A stretch of 64,000 nucleotides of DNA from an uncultured Gemmatimonadales bacterium (GCA_963789925.1 CAWBMQ010000003.1:39320-103319); one strand, 5' to 3'; shown: positions 1 through 10,700, counted from the stretch's first letter. Program-made: numbers and translations. The notes: generated from the letters alone by a model not told the origin.

Positions 1-861
1 CGCGCTTCCGCTTCGCCCTTCCGAGGTCGCCACGATCGTGACCGGTCCGCCCGGCGCCCGGCCCGTCACCAGTCCCGATGTGGTGACGGTGGCCCGTGCC
101 GGGTCGGAAGTGCTCCACAGCACAGCCCGTCCGTTGAGCACCGTCCCCTGGTCATCCCGCAGGACTGCGGCGAGCTGGACTGTGGACCCTACTGGAATGG
201 TCGAGCTGGGAGGTGAGACCGTAACGGTCGCGACCGCGGCGCTCACCACCGTAACCTCGGCCGTCCCCTGCTGGCCCTCGATCGTGGCCGTGATCGTCAC
301 CGGTCCGCCGATGGCGACGCCCGTGATGTCGCCTCCCGGTGAGACGCTGACGATGGCTGAATTGCTGCTGTTCCACGTCACCGGCCGCCCGGGCAGCTCC
401 CCGCCCTGGGCATCGAACGCTCTCGCCACCAGCGTACTGGTACGTCCCACGGCGACGCTCGCCGCTGCGGGTTCCACGCGCACCGACGCCACCGCCCGCG
501 GTGCCACGGTGATCCTTGCCGTACCCTGCTTTCCCTGGGTCGCCGCAGTCACCGTGACTGGTCCGCCCTGCTTCACGGCCACGGCCATGCCGCTTGCGCT
601 TACCGAGACGGTGGTTGCATCCCCGCTCTGCCATTCGAATGCTGGCGGCGCAAGCCGGGAACCCTCGCAGGAGTACGCGGCAGCGCTGAGTTGCACCGAT
701 TCCCCGTCCGCCAGTGTCACGGTGGAGGGCGTAATGTCGACCCGTGCTACCAGCGACGCCGCAATCGGGTCGCAATTGCTCGGGTCGTCACCGCCTCCAC
801 AGCCTGCCAGCATCGCAAGGCCAAGCAGCAATCCGCCGGTCAGCTTTCGCGCCACCATCAT
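1..861 (-). CDS. Bacterial Ig-like (Big_2) repeat lipoprotein; 3' end lies outside the window (partial)
   Basis: Absent from the ORF track because it runs off the window edge. The reverse complement of 781-870 reads AAGGAaccgATGATGGTG... = MMVARKLTGGLLLGLAMLAGCGGGDDPSNCDPIAASLVARVDITPST, with lipobox LAGC. This opening matches the paralog at 889-3143. The + strand ORF 38-895 is its antisense shadow. Confidence 0.7.
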   Translation of the reverse strand, partial: MMVARKLTGGLLLGLAMLAGCGGGDDPSNCDPIAASLVARVDITPSTVTLADGESVQLSAAAYSCEGSRLAPPAFEWQSGDATTVSVSASGMAVAVKQGGPVTVTAATQGKQGTARITVAPRAVASVRVEPAAASVAVGRTSTLVARAFDAQGGELPGRPVTWNSSNSAIVSVSPGGDITGVAIGGPVTITATIEGQQGTAEVTVVSAAVATVTVSPPSSTIPVGSTVQLAAVLRDDQGTVLNGRAVLWSTSDPARATVTTSGLVTGRAPGGPVTIVATSEGRSGSA

Positions 862-888
862 CGGTTCCTTCACGCAACTGGAGCATGT

Positions 889-3143
889 TCACTGATATCC
901 TGACTCCGCGTCAGGAATACCCCGATCCTCCCCGGTTGGACGCAGGAACGGCTGCGATGGTCGCCTGCACCTGCCTAGAATGGCACCGCTCACGACGAAC
1001 TGCTGGCTCAGCACATTCGAAAAGCCCGAGGACGAGGCGCGCAGCGTGAGCGTCCTCGTAGACGCGCACGCATTCACCGTCATCCCCGAGTAGGTCGCGG
1101 CCCCGTTGACCAGTTGCTGCTGTCCGCCGCCGCCGACAAGGACGTTCCGTCGGGTGGCCGCCGCCCGAGGCGCTCCGGAGCGTCACTGTCACCGTTCCGC
1201 CGGCAGTCGTCACCCGGTTGCCGAAGGCATCCTGTACCTCGACCACGACCTGCGGGTCGAAGGGATCACCTTCGTTGATGTTGGTCGGTTGTACGGCGAA
1301 CGCGATGCGGACCGCCGGACCTGCCGTCACCTGGAAGGCATTGCTGGTGGTGCGGCGGCAGGCCCGACGCGTCCGCGACCAGGGTGTAGTCGCTGCCAAT
1401 CCGATCGAGAGTCAGGTTCCCAAATGTTGCAACACCGCCACCGGTGCTCCTGGTGGTCGTGCCGCCCAGTGTGGCGCCGCCTGGATTGTTGCCGATCGAC
1501 ATGGTGACGCTCGTGGACGCATCCGTCACCAGATTTCCGAATGCATCGCGCACCGCAACCTGTACGGCGGGCGAGATCGCCTCGCCCGCAGCGGTGGTTC
1601 CTGGCTGCGTGACGAACGCGAGCGTGGCGGGTGAGCCTGCGGTTATGTCGAACGCCCTGCTGTTTGCGTCGGCAAGGCCGGCCGACTTCGCGACCAGCGT
1701 GTAGCCATTTGCTGCCCGGTTGAGACTCAACCCGGTAAAGGTTGCGACCCCGGCCACCGTACTGACCGAAGCATCGCCGTTGAGCGTGGCGTCACCAGGG
1801 TTGCTGCCCATCGAGAGCCCGACCTGCGCCGTGGAACTGATGGCGCGATTTCCCGAGCCATCGAGCAGCTCCACCGAAACCGGCCCGATGTCGTCGCCCG
1901 CTCTTGCGTCGCCCGGCTGGTCCACGAATCGGAGCGACACGGGCGCGCCCGCAGTCACGTTGAATGCGCTGCTGGTCGCCCCCGTCAGTCCGTTGGACGC
2001 GGCGGCGAGTCGGTAACCTTGGCCCGGCCGGTTGAGACGGAGGTTGCTGAAGGTCGCGACCCCGTTCACGGCGGCCACGCTCACGGTGCCGCTCAGCGTG
2101 GCCGAGCCTGGGTTGTCTGCGAGTGACAGCGTGACGGTTGCCGACGAATTCGTGACCCGTCCGCCCAGTGTGTTCTGGATCTCCACCTGCACAGGCGGCG
2201 TGATCAGCTCGCCCGTTGCCACCGTGGTGGGCTGCACGAGGAACGCGACCCTGGACGGCGGAGCCGGTGTCACCGTGACCTGCGCGCTCCCGCTCCGTCC
2301 CTCCGACGTGGCCAGGATCGACACCGGGCCTCCCGGCAGAAGGCCCGTCACCAGCCCGGTATTGGACACCGATGCGCGCGAACCGTCCGATGTGCTCCAG
2401 GTGACCGCCCGTCCCGTCAGCACGCTGCCCTGGTCGTCCCTGAGCACGGCGCTCAACTGCACCGTCGTCCCCGCGGCGATGCTCGAGGTCGGCGGCGACA
2501 CCGTGACCGTCGCTACCGCTGCCTGGACCACCGTCACCTGCGCGGCGCCTGACAGGCCCTCGATGGTCGCGCTGATCGTCACCGGCCCGCCCACCGTCAC
2601 TCCGGTGACGGCGCCCCCTGGCGACACACTGGCCACTGCCGCATTGCTGCTGTTCCATGTCGCGGACCTGCCCGGCAATTCATCGCCTTGTGCGTCGAAT
2701 GCCTTGGCCACCAGCGTGCTGGTGCGCCCCACCGCCACGTTCGCGGTGGCCGGTTCGACCCGCACCGACGCGACCGAGCGTGCCACCACCGAAATGGCGG
2801 CGCTGCCTTCCTTCCCCTGTGCCGACGCCTTCACCGTCACCGGCCCGCCGATTTTCACTCCGCTGACCAGGCCCTCCGCGCTTACCGAGACGGTGGTCGC
2901 ATCGCTGCTCAGCCACGTAAACGTCGCGGAAAGCTGGCCGCCGGAGCAGGAGAATGCCTTGGCGGAGAGTTGCGCTGACTCGCCGTCGGCGACCGCGGCG
3001 GTGGTTGGCGTCACCTCGATTCGCGACACCAGCGTTGCCGCAATTGGGTCGCAGTCGCCGCCACCGTCATCGCCACCGCCGCACCCGGCCAGCACCAGCA
3101 GGCCCAGGGCAGCAGCGAGGAAGGTTTGCACTGCAGACCGCAT
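889..3143 (-). pseudogene. Big_2 / Ig-like repeat surface lipoprotein, interrupted by two frame changes in the last third
   Basis: ORF 1266-3143 opens MRSAVQTFLAAALGLLVLAGCGGG (lipobox). It has four Big_2-like units, then roughly 100-aa repeats of the type (A)P..L.F..QP......I.P.V.V...D..GN.V......V.......G..TL.G....T..GVATF..L.L...G..Y.L.A. The same repeat continues in a second frame (ORF 911-1399: TSNAFQVTAGPAVRIAFAVQPTNINEGDPFDPQVVVEVQDAFGNRV) and then a third (ORF 889-1083 frame: LVGGGGQQQLVNGAATYSGMTVN..RTLTLRASSSGFSNVLSQQFVVSGA). Confidence 0.75.
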
Positions 3144-3156
3144 CGCGAGGTGATTC

Positions 3157-3714
3157 CTAGAAGAGTCCGACAGAAAGCCCCAGCCGCGTCAGGAAGTACC
3201 CCGCACTGCCCTGTCCCCCCGTGAAATCCGCGACGAAGTATTGCGCACCCACGTCGATGCCGACACGTGATGCCACCTGAAAGATCACGCCCAGCCCGCC
3301 GCCATAGATGAACGAATTGTCAGTCGATTGCACCAGGTCGCTGGATGAGCGCACAAGCAATCCGCCGTAACCGAACCGGGCCGCCACATATGGTGCCGCA
3401 ACGTTCCCAAACACGCCCAGCACGTATCGCGGCTCCACGAACCCCAGCGAGAGCGTCGCCGTGATGTCGCCGATTGCGGCATCCGACTTGAACACCTCAG
3501 TGTGCTGGTACCCGGCACCCACCGAGAAGCGGCCGAAGGTGAAGCGCGCCTGCGCCTCCCATCCGAGCGTCGTGCCCTTGTCGAGCACGCCGTAGTCCTC
3601 GGTGGGGAATACCAGTTCTCCCGACACCTGCACCGAGACGAGCTGCTTCGATTGCGCCGCCAGCGGCACTGTCAGCAGCCACAAGCCGAGCGTCAGCAGC
3701 GCCCTGCTCACCAT
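3157..3714 (-). CDS. Small outer-membrane beta-barrel protein (OmpW/opacity-porin-like, 185 aa)
   Basis: An internal ATG at 3714 gives MVSRALLTLGLWLLTVPLAAQ (signal peptide). The body has alternating hydrophobic beta-strand pattern, aromatic girdles, and a C-terminal ...RLGLSVGLF ending in Phe. In the sequence as given it is in frame with the upstream gene and no stop separates them. Confidence 0.7.
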   Translation of the reverse strand: MVSRALLTLGLWLLTVPLAAQSKQLVSVQVSGELVFPTEDYGVLDKGTTLGWEAQARFTFGRFSVGAGYQHTEVFKSDAAIGDITATLSLGFVEPRYVLGVFGNVAAPYVAARFGYGGLLVRSSSDLVQSTDNSFIYGGGLGVIFQVASRVGIDVGAQYFVADFTGGQGSAGYFLTRLGLSVGLF

Positions 3715-3740
3715 ACTCGACCTACCCGACTTACCCTTCG

Positions 3741-5629
3741 TCACGGTGCCCCCTCGAGAATTTTCCAGCTCAAGCAGTCGCCAGGTCTCCCCATCGCGTA
3801 CCACCGTCGCCGACGCCTTTACCCGCTTCGACGTAGAGGTGCCGAAATTGCTCTTCCACTTGAGTACCCACTCGGCCCGCGCCTCACCGGAGGCATCATC
3901 CACCTCGACGCTCGTCATCGTGGCATCCGAGATCCTGGGGCCGTTCTTGGCCACGAACTCCGCGAAACTCGACGGGCCCGCTGTCAGTACCGCCGAGCGC
4001 GCCTCACCGGCGGACACCGCCGCCACCAGGCGCGTGAGCCACCCGTCAAGCGCCGCGCGGCCAGATGCGAGGTGGGTCTCCTTCAACTGGTCCTGCTGCC
4101 GCCGACTCTCCTCGGCCTGTGCCGCCGCCCTCGCCTGTGCCTCGACCCTTGCCTGTGCCTCGGCCGAGTCCTGCCTGCGCTTCGTTGCCGACGCCACCGA
4201 GTCCCTCACCCGCTGCTCGGCCGCCCGTGTCGCCGCCGCCACTGCCAGTGCCACCGAGTCGCGCCGATCCTGCTCATCGGCGGCCATTCGTGCCTCGACC
4301 ATCGAGTCCCGAGCTTCCCTCAGCTTTGCCTCGGCTGCTTCACGCCTGAGCGCCTCGGCCGCGGCGATCGAGTCCGCGGTCGCTGGCGCCGGCACAGGCT
4401 TCGCCGCCGCTTGCGGCGGGACGGGGGACGGTTGCGGCGCGGCAGTGACGGCGCGATCCGAATCGCGGACAACTGCGACCGGCGCAGGCGCGGGCTCCGA
4501 CACCGGCACCTGTGCCACCGGATGGGGTGGCGCAGTGCTGACCCACGACGTATCGGCAGCTGGGTTGCGCTCCCCCGGCGCGGTGGCCACTTCTGCCGCC
4601 TTCGCCGCTTGCGTGTTCTTCGCCTTGTAGTCGTCCCAGAAGACAAAGCCCCCGAGAACTGCCAGCGAGAGCAGCAGCCCGGCCACGAGGCCGATCCGGT
4701 CCGGGAGCCATTGCCTCGGCACGGCGGCCTGGTATCTCGGCAGGATGTGTGCGGCGACGTCGCCGTACAGCCGCTCGGCGCGCTCGTCCGGCTCAGGAAG
4801 CCGGCTCGCCACCTTGCCCACCCGCGCCAGGCAGACGCTGATGTTGTCGTCACCCCCGCGGGCATTCGCCGCGGAAACAAGGCTGGCTGCAATCTCCTCG
4901 AGCGACCCTGACGCGTTCGAGCAGACGAGCGACCTCCTCGCCCTCCACCAGCTCATGCAGTCCGTCGCTGCACACCAGCACCACGTCGCCCGGTGCGATC
5001 TGCCGGAACAGCACGCCCGGTGTGGTGGTGTCGGTGACACCCAGCGCAGACGCCAGTCGCCCGCTGTCGTTGGCGGTGAGCATTTCTTCCCGCGGCGGCG
5101 TCAGCAGCGCGAGTGGCTCGCGCGCATGATCCTCGGTGAGCTGCTCCAGCTCGTTGCGTGACAGCCGGTACACCCGGCTGTTCCCCAGGTGGGCGGCGCA
5201 CAGCCAGTCCCCCGCGAGGACCGCCACCGTCAGCGTCGTTGCCGCCGGCTGGCCCTTCGCGTTCGGCTTCATCGCCCGGACCCTGGTGTTGGTCTCGGCG
5301 ATTGCGGTCTCGACGATCTCGGAAAGACCGTACTGCCAGCGGGGCCCGATGAGGAGCGAACCCACGAGCCCGCTCAGGGCGTCGCCGAACGCCTCCACCG
5401 CCACCACGCTCGTTGCGCTGCCGCGCGCATGCTCACCCAGGCCATCGGCCACCGCGAGCACGACGATGTCGAGGTCGTCCTGCGGCAGGCTCAGCGCGAA
5501 GACGGCGACGGCATCCTCATTTCGCCGCAGTCGTCGGCCCAGGTCGGACGCCGACGCGACCTCGTGCACCGACGAGGGGCGCGGGGGAGCGAGGATGGGG
5601 AAACGGACCTGGTGTGGCGACTCCGGCAA
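3741..5629 (-). pseudogene. PP2C-family Ser/Thr phosphatase fused to a TM helix, Pro/Ala-rich linker, coiled coil and a small C-terminal alpha+beta domain; one frameshift near 4920
   Basis: ORF 4850-5629 has PP2C motifs (NEDAV, VADGLGEHARGSA, LVCSDGLHELV). The PP2C C-terminus (SLEEIAASLVSAANARGGDDNISVCLARV) continues in the frame of ORF 3157-5040. After it come a TM helix (IGLVAGLLLSLAVLGGFVFW), a PA-rich stretch and an E/R/A coiled coil. The natural stop is probably the TGA at 3741-3743, which comes into frame if the C5 run at 3749-3753 is really C4. Confidence 0.7.
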
Positions 5630-5650
5630 TCCTGCGCTCCAGCGTGACAG

Positions 5651-7093
5651 TTACCTCACACCCCCGACGACCTGCTTCGCCAGCTGACCCGCCCGCAACG
5701 TCGAACTGGCCCCATCGACACCGTTGATGGCCGCGAGCTGTGCCAGGGGGATCGATGACGGAAACTGCCGGTTGAACTGCTCCAGGGTCATCTCCTTCGG
5801 CACCTTGACCGTGTTGAGCCGCGCCGCCTGCACGTTGAGGTATGCCGGGTCCGTGAGCGGCTTGAAGGTGCGCGCCACCTGCCGGATCGCCTGCAGGTTC
5901 TGCGTGCGGTCGGGCAGCGTGTAGCCCATGATCATGTACGTGTACTCGCCGTACTCGATGAACGCCGCGCTGCCCTGGATCACGCTGCCGTCATCAACCT
6001 GGGCCCTGAAGTCGCCGGAGCTCGCCGTCAAGCCGTTGATCGGCGCGTTGCTCGTGTTACCGGCGGTGATCCCCGCCCGCGTAAAGAACGAATTCGCGGC
6101 CGTGGCGGCGGACGTACCCTTGCCGGCAAGGCGAAGCTGCACGCCGCCATCCTGCTGTGGCGCAAGCGCCATCACGCCCTCGGGCTTGTTCTGCGTCGGC
6201 CAGCCCGCCGGGAACGTGACCTCGAACTTCAGGTCGGGATGGTAGAACACCCCGTTCTTGAAGTAGCCCTGCTTGGGATCGGGGCCGAAGACGAACCCGT
6301 CGAGCAGCTTCATGTACGATTCGCGTCCCAGCGTCGCGCCACTCATGCTGCGACCCGCCTGCTGCACCGAGTCGGCGCGCTGCTCGGCGCGCTTCACCCG
6401 GTTGTCGGGATCCGGGTGCGTCGATTGCCACTCCGGCAACCGCTGCGCCGCACCGCCACTGATCCGCCCCAGCGTCCGGAACATGTCGCCCGCAGCGCGT
6501 ACGTCGTAGCCATCCTTCATCATGTAGCGGAAGCCGAGCATGTCCGCCTCGGTTTCATCGTCACGACCGAACTTGAGGAAGAGCAGCTGCATTCCCTGTT
6601 GCAGCTGTGCGCCCATGTCCCGCACCGTCGGCGATGCGATCATCCCGGCGACCAGGCCCACCTGCGCCAGCTCCGCCTTGCTCATCTGGCTCACCGAATG
6701 CTTCGCGGTCACGTGCCCGATCTCGTGCCCGATCACCGACGCCAGCTCTGCCTCGTCGTTCATGTACGTCATGATGCCGCGGGTGATGAAGATGAATCCC
6801 CCCGGCAGCGCGAAGGCGTTCACGGTCTCGTCATCCAGCAGGTAGAACGCCCAAGGCAGGTTGGGGCGCTCCGACTCGGCCGCCATGCGCATCCCGATCT
6901 GCTTGACCAGTGCCTGGGCCGCAGGGTTCTGGTATTCCCCCATGGACTGGAGGACTTTCTGCGCCTCCTGCTGGCCGATGGAGATCTCCTGCGACTCCGA
7001 CACCAGGGACAGTTCGGATTTCCCCGAGACCGGATTGGTGGCACAGGCCACCGTCGCGACAGCGAGGAACATCGCAGTGATGCGCCTTGACAT
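5651..7093 (-). CDS. M48-family zinc metallopeptidase, lipoprotein (BepA/YfgC-like)
   Basis: HEIGH zinc motif in VIGHEIGHVTAKHSV. Lipoprotein signal MSRRITAMFLAVATVAC. The internal ATG at 7093 is preceded by AAGAGG. Confidence 0.85.
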   Translation of the reverse strand: MSRRITAMFLAVATVACATNPVSGKSELSLVSESQEISIGQQEAQKVLQSMGEYQNPAAQALVKQIGMRMAAESERPNLPWAFYLLDDETVNAFALPGGFIFITRGIMTYMNDEAELASVIGHEIGHVTAKHSVSQMSKAELAQVGLVAGMIASPTVRDMGAQLQQGMQLLFLKFGRDDETEADMLGFRYMMKDGYDVRAAGDMFRTLGRISGGAAQRLPEWQSTHPDPDNRVKRAEQRADSVQQAGRSMSGATLGRESYMKLLDGFVFGPDPKQGYFKNGVFYHPDLKFEVTFPAGWPTQNKPEGVMALAPQQDGGVQLRLAGKGTSAATAANSFFTRAGITAGNTSNAPINGLTASSGDFRAQVDDGSVIQGSAAFIEYGEYTYMIMGYTLPDRTQNLQAIRQVARTFKPLTDPAYLNVQAARLNTVKVPKEMTLEQFNRQFPSSIPLAQLAAINGVDGASSTLRAGQLAKQVVGGVR

Positions 7094-7241
7094 GCGTAAA
7101 CCTCTTAATTCACAATGAGTTAGGAGGACACACCCATCGGGCGACACCGGCCTGCTGGCAAAGTTGCTGTCACCCAAGATACCTCCCGATCGAACGCTCC
7201 GCTTGACGCCCGGAACCGGTTCAGGCTATTTCCCGCCCCCT

Positions 7242-9332
7242 ATGAATACCCCGTCCACGATGCCCGCTTCAGCCCAGGATGCCCCGGCCGGGCCCACCCC
7301 GCCGAAGGCCCCCCTGCGCACCCATATGACGACGGTGCATGGCGATACGCGGGTGGACCCGTACTTCTGGCTGCGCGACCGGGAGGATCCGGCGACACTG
7401 GCGTACCTGAGTGCCGAGAACGCCTGGACCGATGAAGTCATGGCCCCCACGCGTGAGTTGCAGGAGACGCTCTACCAGGAGCTGCTTGGACGGATTCAGG
7501 AGACGGACCTGAGCGTGCCCGAGCTGGAAGGTGGGTGGCTGTACTACATCCGTACCGAGGCCGGGCAGCAGTACCCGATCCTGTGCCGGCGGCGTGACGC
7601 CGAGGGGGCACGAGAGGAAGTCCTGCTCGACCAGAACAAGCGAGCCGCCGGCCTGGGCTACTACCGAGCCGCCGGCCTGACGGTGAGCCCCGACCAGCGT
7701 CGCCTGGCGTGGGGTGAGGACATTTCCGGTTCCGAGGAGTTCATCGCCCACGTGATGGACCTCGAGACCGGCGCCATCCTTTCCGATGCACTGCCCGGCA
7801 CCAGTGGCAACCTCGCCTGGGCTGCGGACAGCGAGACACTTTTCTATGTCACGCTCGATGCGGCGCATCGCCCCAACCGTGTGTGGCGCCATCAGGTGGG
7901 TGCCGCGGCGCCCGATGCCCTGGTGTACGAGGAACCTGACGAGGCGTTCTGGGTCGGTGTCGAGCTCACGAAGAGCCGCGCGTTTCTCTTCATCGAGTCG
8001 GCGAGCCACGCCACCTCGGAAACGCGATTCACACCCGCCGGTTCCCCGGGGACGCCCTTCCGCGTCGTGCGGCCGCGCATGCCGGGCATCGAGTATGACG
8101 TGACCCACCGGGGTGACCGCTTCTACCTCGTCACCAACAAGGGCGCGCGCAACTTCCAGCTGGTGAGCGTACCGACAAGCGATCCCGCCACCGCGTGGCA
8201 GGTCGTCATACCCGGCACCGAGTCGGTCAAGCTCGACGCGGTCGAGGCGTTTGCCGGACACCTGGTCGTGTATGAGCGCGAGGGCGGGCTTCCGCAGGTG
8301 CGGATCATCGACATCGACGCCGGCATGAGCCATCGGGTGGCCTTCCCGGAGCCGGCCTACCATGTGCGGCGCCACAGCAACCCGGAGTGGAACTCCCGGA
8401 TCCTGCGCTTCACCTACGCCTCGCTGGTCACGCCGGCATCCGTTATCGACTATGACATGGACGCGCGGACCTGGACGCTTCGCAAGGAACAGGTCATTCC
8501 GAGCGGCTACGACCGTACGCTCTATCGCTCGGCCCGCCTGCAGGCTACGGCATCCGATGGTGTTCAGGTGCCGATCTCGCTGGTGTGGAAGGAACCGCTG
8601 GTGCGGAACGGCCAGCGCCCGATGTACCTCCAGGCGTACGGCTCGTACGGGATCAACTTCGACCCGTCATTCTCGTCACACTACCTGAGCCTGCTGGACC
8701 GGGGATTCATCGTTGGCATCGCGCACGTGCGCGGCGGCGAGGAGATGGGCCGTCGCTGGTACGACGACGGGAAGCAGAAGCGGAAGCGGAACACCTTCAC
8801 CGACTTCATTGCCTGCGCCGAGTACCTGGTGGCACAGGGATATGTCACGAGCGACCGGCTCGCTATCAGCGGCGGGAGCGCCGGCGGATTGCTCATGGGC
8901 GCCGTCACCAACCTTCGCCCCGATCTGTTTGCCACCGTGGTGGCCGACGTCCCCTTCGTGGACGTGGTCAACACCATGCTCGATCCGACTCTGCCGCTCA
9001 CCGTCATCGAGTACGACGAGTGGGGCAATCCCACCGCCGACGAGTCGGCCTACCGGTACATCCTGTCGTACTCTCCGTACGACAACGTCTCTGCGAAGGC
9101 TTATCCCAACCTGCTGGTCACGGCGGGTCTCAACGACCCGCGGGTCGCCTACTGGGAACCGGCCAAGTGGACAGCGAAGCTGCGGGAGCTGAAGACCGAC
9201 ACGAACCGGCTGCTGCTGCGGACGAACATGGGTGCGGGCCATGCAGGCGCGAGCGGACGCTACGACTACCTGCGCGAAGTAGCCTTCCGCTACGCCTTTG
9301 TCCTGGACACGACTAAAAACAGCGAACCGTAA
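7242..9332 (+). CDS. ptrB: Oligopeptidase B (protease II), S9A prolyl-oligopeptidase family
   Basis: An N-terminal beta-propeller region is followed by the catalytic triad context GGSAGGLLMG (Ser), GLNDPRV (Asp) and MGAGHAGASGRYD (His). The ORF opens at 7164; I prefer the start at the MNTPST methionine. Confidence 0.9.
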   Translation: MNTPSTMPASAQDAPAGPTPPKAPLRTHMTTVHGDTRVDPYFWLRDREDPATLAYLSAENAWTDEVMAPTRELQETLYQELLGRIQETDLSVPELEGGWLYYIRTEAGQQYPILCRRRDAEGAREEVLLDQNKRAAGLGYYRAAGLTVSPDQRRLAWGEDISGSEEFIAHVMDLETGAILSDALPGTSGNLAWAADSETLFYVTLDAAHRPNRVWRHQVGAAAPDALVYEEPDEAFWVGVELTKSRAFLFIESASHATSETRFTPAGSPGTPFRVVRPRMPGIEYDVTHRGDRFYLVTNKGARNFQLVSVPTSDPATAWQVVIPGTESVKLDAVEAFAGHLVVYEREGGLPQVRIIDIDAGMSHRVAFPEPAYHVRRHSNPEWNSRILRFTYASLVTPASVIDYDMDARTWTLRKEQVIPSGYDRTLYRSARLQATASDGVQVPISLVWKEPLVRNGQRPMYLQAYGSYGINFDPSFSSHYLSLLDRGFIVGIAHVRGGEEMGRRWYDDGKQKRKRNTFTDFIACAEYLVAQGYVTSDRLAISGGSAGGLLMGAVTNLRPDLFATVVADVPFVDVVNTMLDPTLPLTVIEYDEWGNPTADESAYRYILSYSPYDNVSAKAYPNLLVTAGLNDPRVAYWEPAKWTAKLRELKTDTNRLLLRTNMGAGHAGASGRYDYLREVAFRYAFVLDTTKNSEP

Positions 9333-9334
9333 AC

Positions 9335-9382
9335 AGTGAACGGCAAACGGCTGCTCTGTTCCCCTACGGTTTACCGTTCACT
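9335..9382. terminator. Hairpin between convergent ptrB and the HI0933-like gene
   Basis: AGTGAACGG (9335-9343) pairs perfectly with CCGTTCACT (9374-9382). The stem extends inward with two mismatches. The right arm lies in the last codons of the minus-strand gene. Confidence 0.4.
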
Positions 9383-10653
9383 TTCCGTTCAGCGGCTCCG
9401 AGCCCCGCAGCTCTCCCTGTGGCCCAGGCCCACAGGAAGTTGTATCCCCCGATCGGCCCGAATGCGTCCAGCATCTCGCCGCACATGAACAATCCGGGCG
9501 ACCGCCGACTCTCCATCGTTCGCGGGTCGACCTCACTCAGCGCCACACCACCGCCCGTGACCTCGGCCTTCTTGTAGCCTTCGTCGCCCGTCCACGGCAA
9601 CGGCATGTCCGCCAGGGCCGCCACCAGGCGAATCCGCTCCTCCCGCTTGAGCTGCGACGCCGGCGTCGAGCCGCTCACGGAGGCCCACTGGAGCAGCATT
9701 TCTGCGAGACGGTCCGGCAGCTCGCGCCGCACCAGGGTTCCCACGTGCACCGTCCCACCGGCGCGCAGCCGCGCTTCCCATGCCGCCGCATCGAGTTCAG
9801 TCCACTGCACCGTGATCTCCTGCCGGGCCCCACCCGCCAGCCGCGCCCGCACCGCCAGGTGCGACAGGTCCAGCACCGACGGCCCACTGTATCCCTTGTG
9901 CGTGAAGAGGAATCCGCCTGTCGCACTCCGGCGCTTCCCGTCCGTGCGTGCACTGAGCGTCACCGTGAGCGAGATGCCGGACAGCGCCGCATGCGCCGGC
10001 GCATTCGCCGTGAGTGGCGTGAGGGCGGGATACGTCGCGTGCATCTCGTGACCCAGCGCCGCAGCCACCCTGAGTCCGGTTCCATCGCTTCCGGTGCTGG
10101 GCACCGAGAGTCCACCGGTCGCCAGTACCACCGAACTCGCGGCAAGCCGTTCGCCGCCAGCCAGAATCACCTGCCAGTCATCACCCTCGACGGCAGGCGA
10201 TGCCAGGTTCTCCACCGTCGCCCCGAAGCGCGTCACCGCGCCCAGCTCGCGCGCGAGCGAAAGCAGCCCGTCCCGCACGTCACGCGCCTTGTTCGAGCGG
10301 GGAAAGAGCTTGCCGCTCTCCTCCTCGAGCGTCAGGTCGAGCCCGAGCCGATCGTTGAAGAAGCGGACCTGCTGCGGGAGCGGCCAGCTCCTGAGGATGT
10401 TGCGCATGCTGTTGGGGGATGAATCGGTGACGAAGCGTGTCAGGTCCGCCGATGACGGCAGGATGTTGCAGCGTCCGCCCCCGCTGATGAGGATCTTCCG
10501 TCCGCCATCCTGCGTGCGTTCGAGGAGCATCACTTCGGTCCCCGGTGAACGCGCCGCTGCCGACTCCGCGGCGAAGATGGCCGCCATCGTGCCTGCGGCA
10601 CCGGCACCAATGATGACGACGCGTCCGGATCGCGAAGTACGCATGGCAGTCAC
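9364..10653 (-). CDS. HI0933/YhiN-family NAD(FAD)-utilising flavoprotein
   Basis: Dinucleotide-binding fold VVIIGAGAAGTMAAIFAAE, the family motif GGRKILISGGGRCN, and a C-terminal GEMLDAFGPIGGYNF. An alternative ATG start lies at 10644. Confidence 0.85.
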   Translation of the reverse strand: MTAMRTSRSGRVVIIGAGAAGTMAAIFAAESAAARSPGTEVMLLERTQDGGRKILISGGGRCNILPSSADLTRFVTDSSPNSMRNILRSWPLPQQVRFFNDRLGLDLTLEEESGKLFPRSNKARDVRDGLLSLARELGAVTRFGATVENLASPAVEGDDWQVILAGGERLAASSVVLATGGLSVPSTGSDGTGLRVAAALGHEMHATYPALTPLTANAPAHAALSGISLTVTLSARTDGKRRSATGGFLFTHKGYSGPSVLDLSHLAVRARLAGGARQEITVQWTELDAAAWEARLRAGGTVHVGTLVRRELPDRLAEMLLQWASVSGSTPASQLKREERIRLVAALADMPLPWTGDEGYKKAEVTGGGVALSEVDPRTMESRRSPGLFMCGEMLDAFGPIGGYNFLWAWATGRAAGLGAAERKVNGKP

Positions 10654-10700
10654 GCGCGTAACCTAACGCGCTGTCCCTTCACCCCGTTTATCTTCGGCGC

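Noticed and set aside
3157-5040. A genuine PP2C-sensor-porin fusion protein (627-aa ORF).
   Set aside because: The downstream part has its own ATG and complete signal peptide. Removing a single base from the C5 run at 3749-3753 creates a normal stop and spacer. This is treated as two genes.
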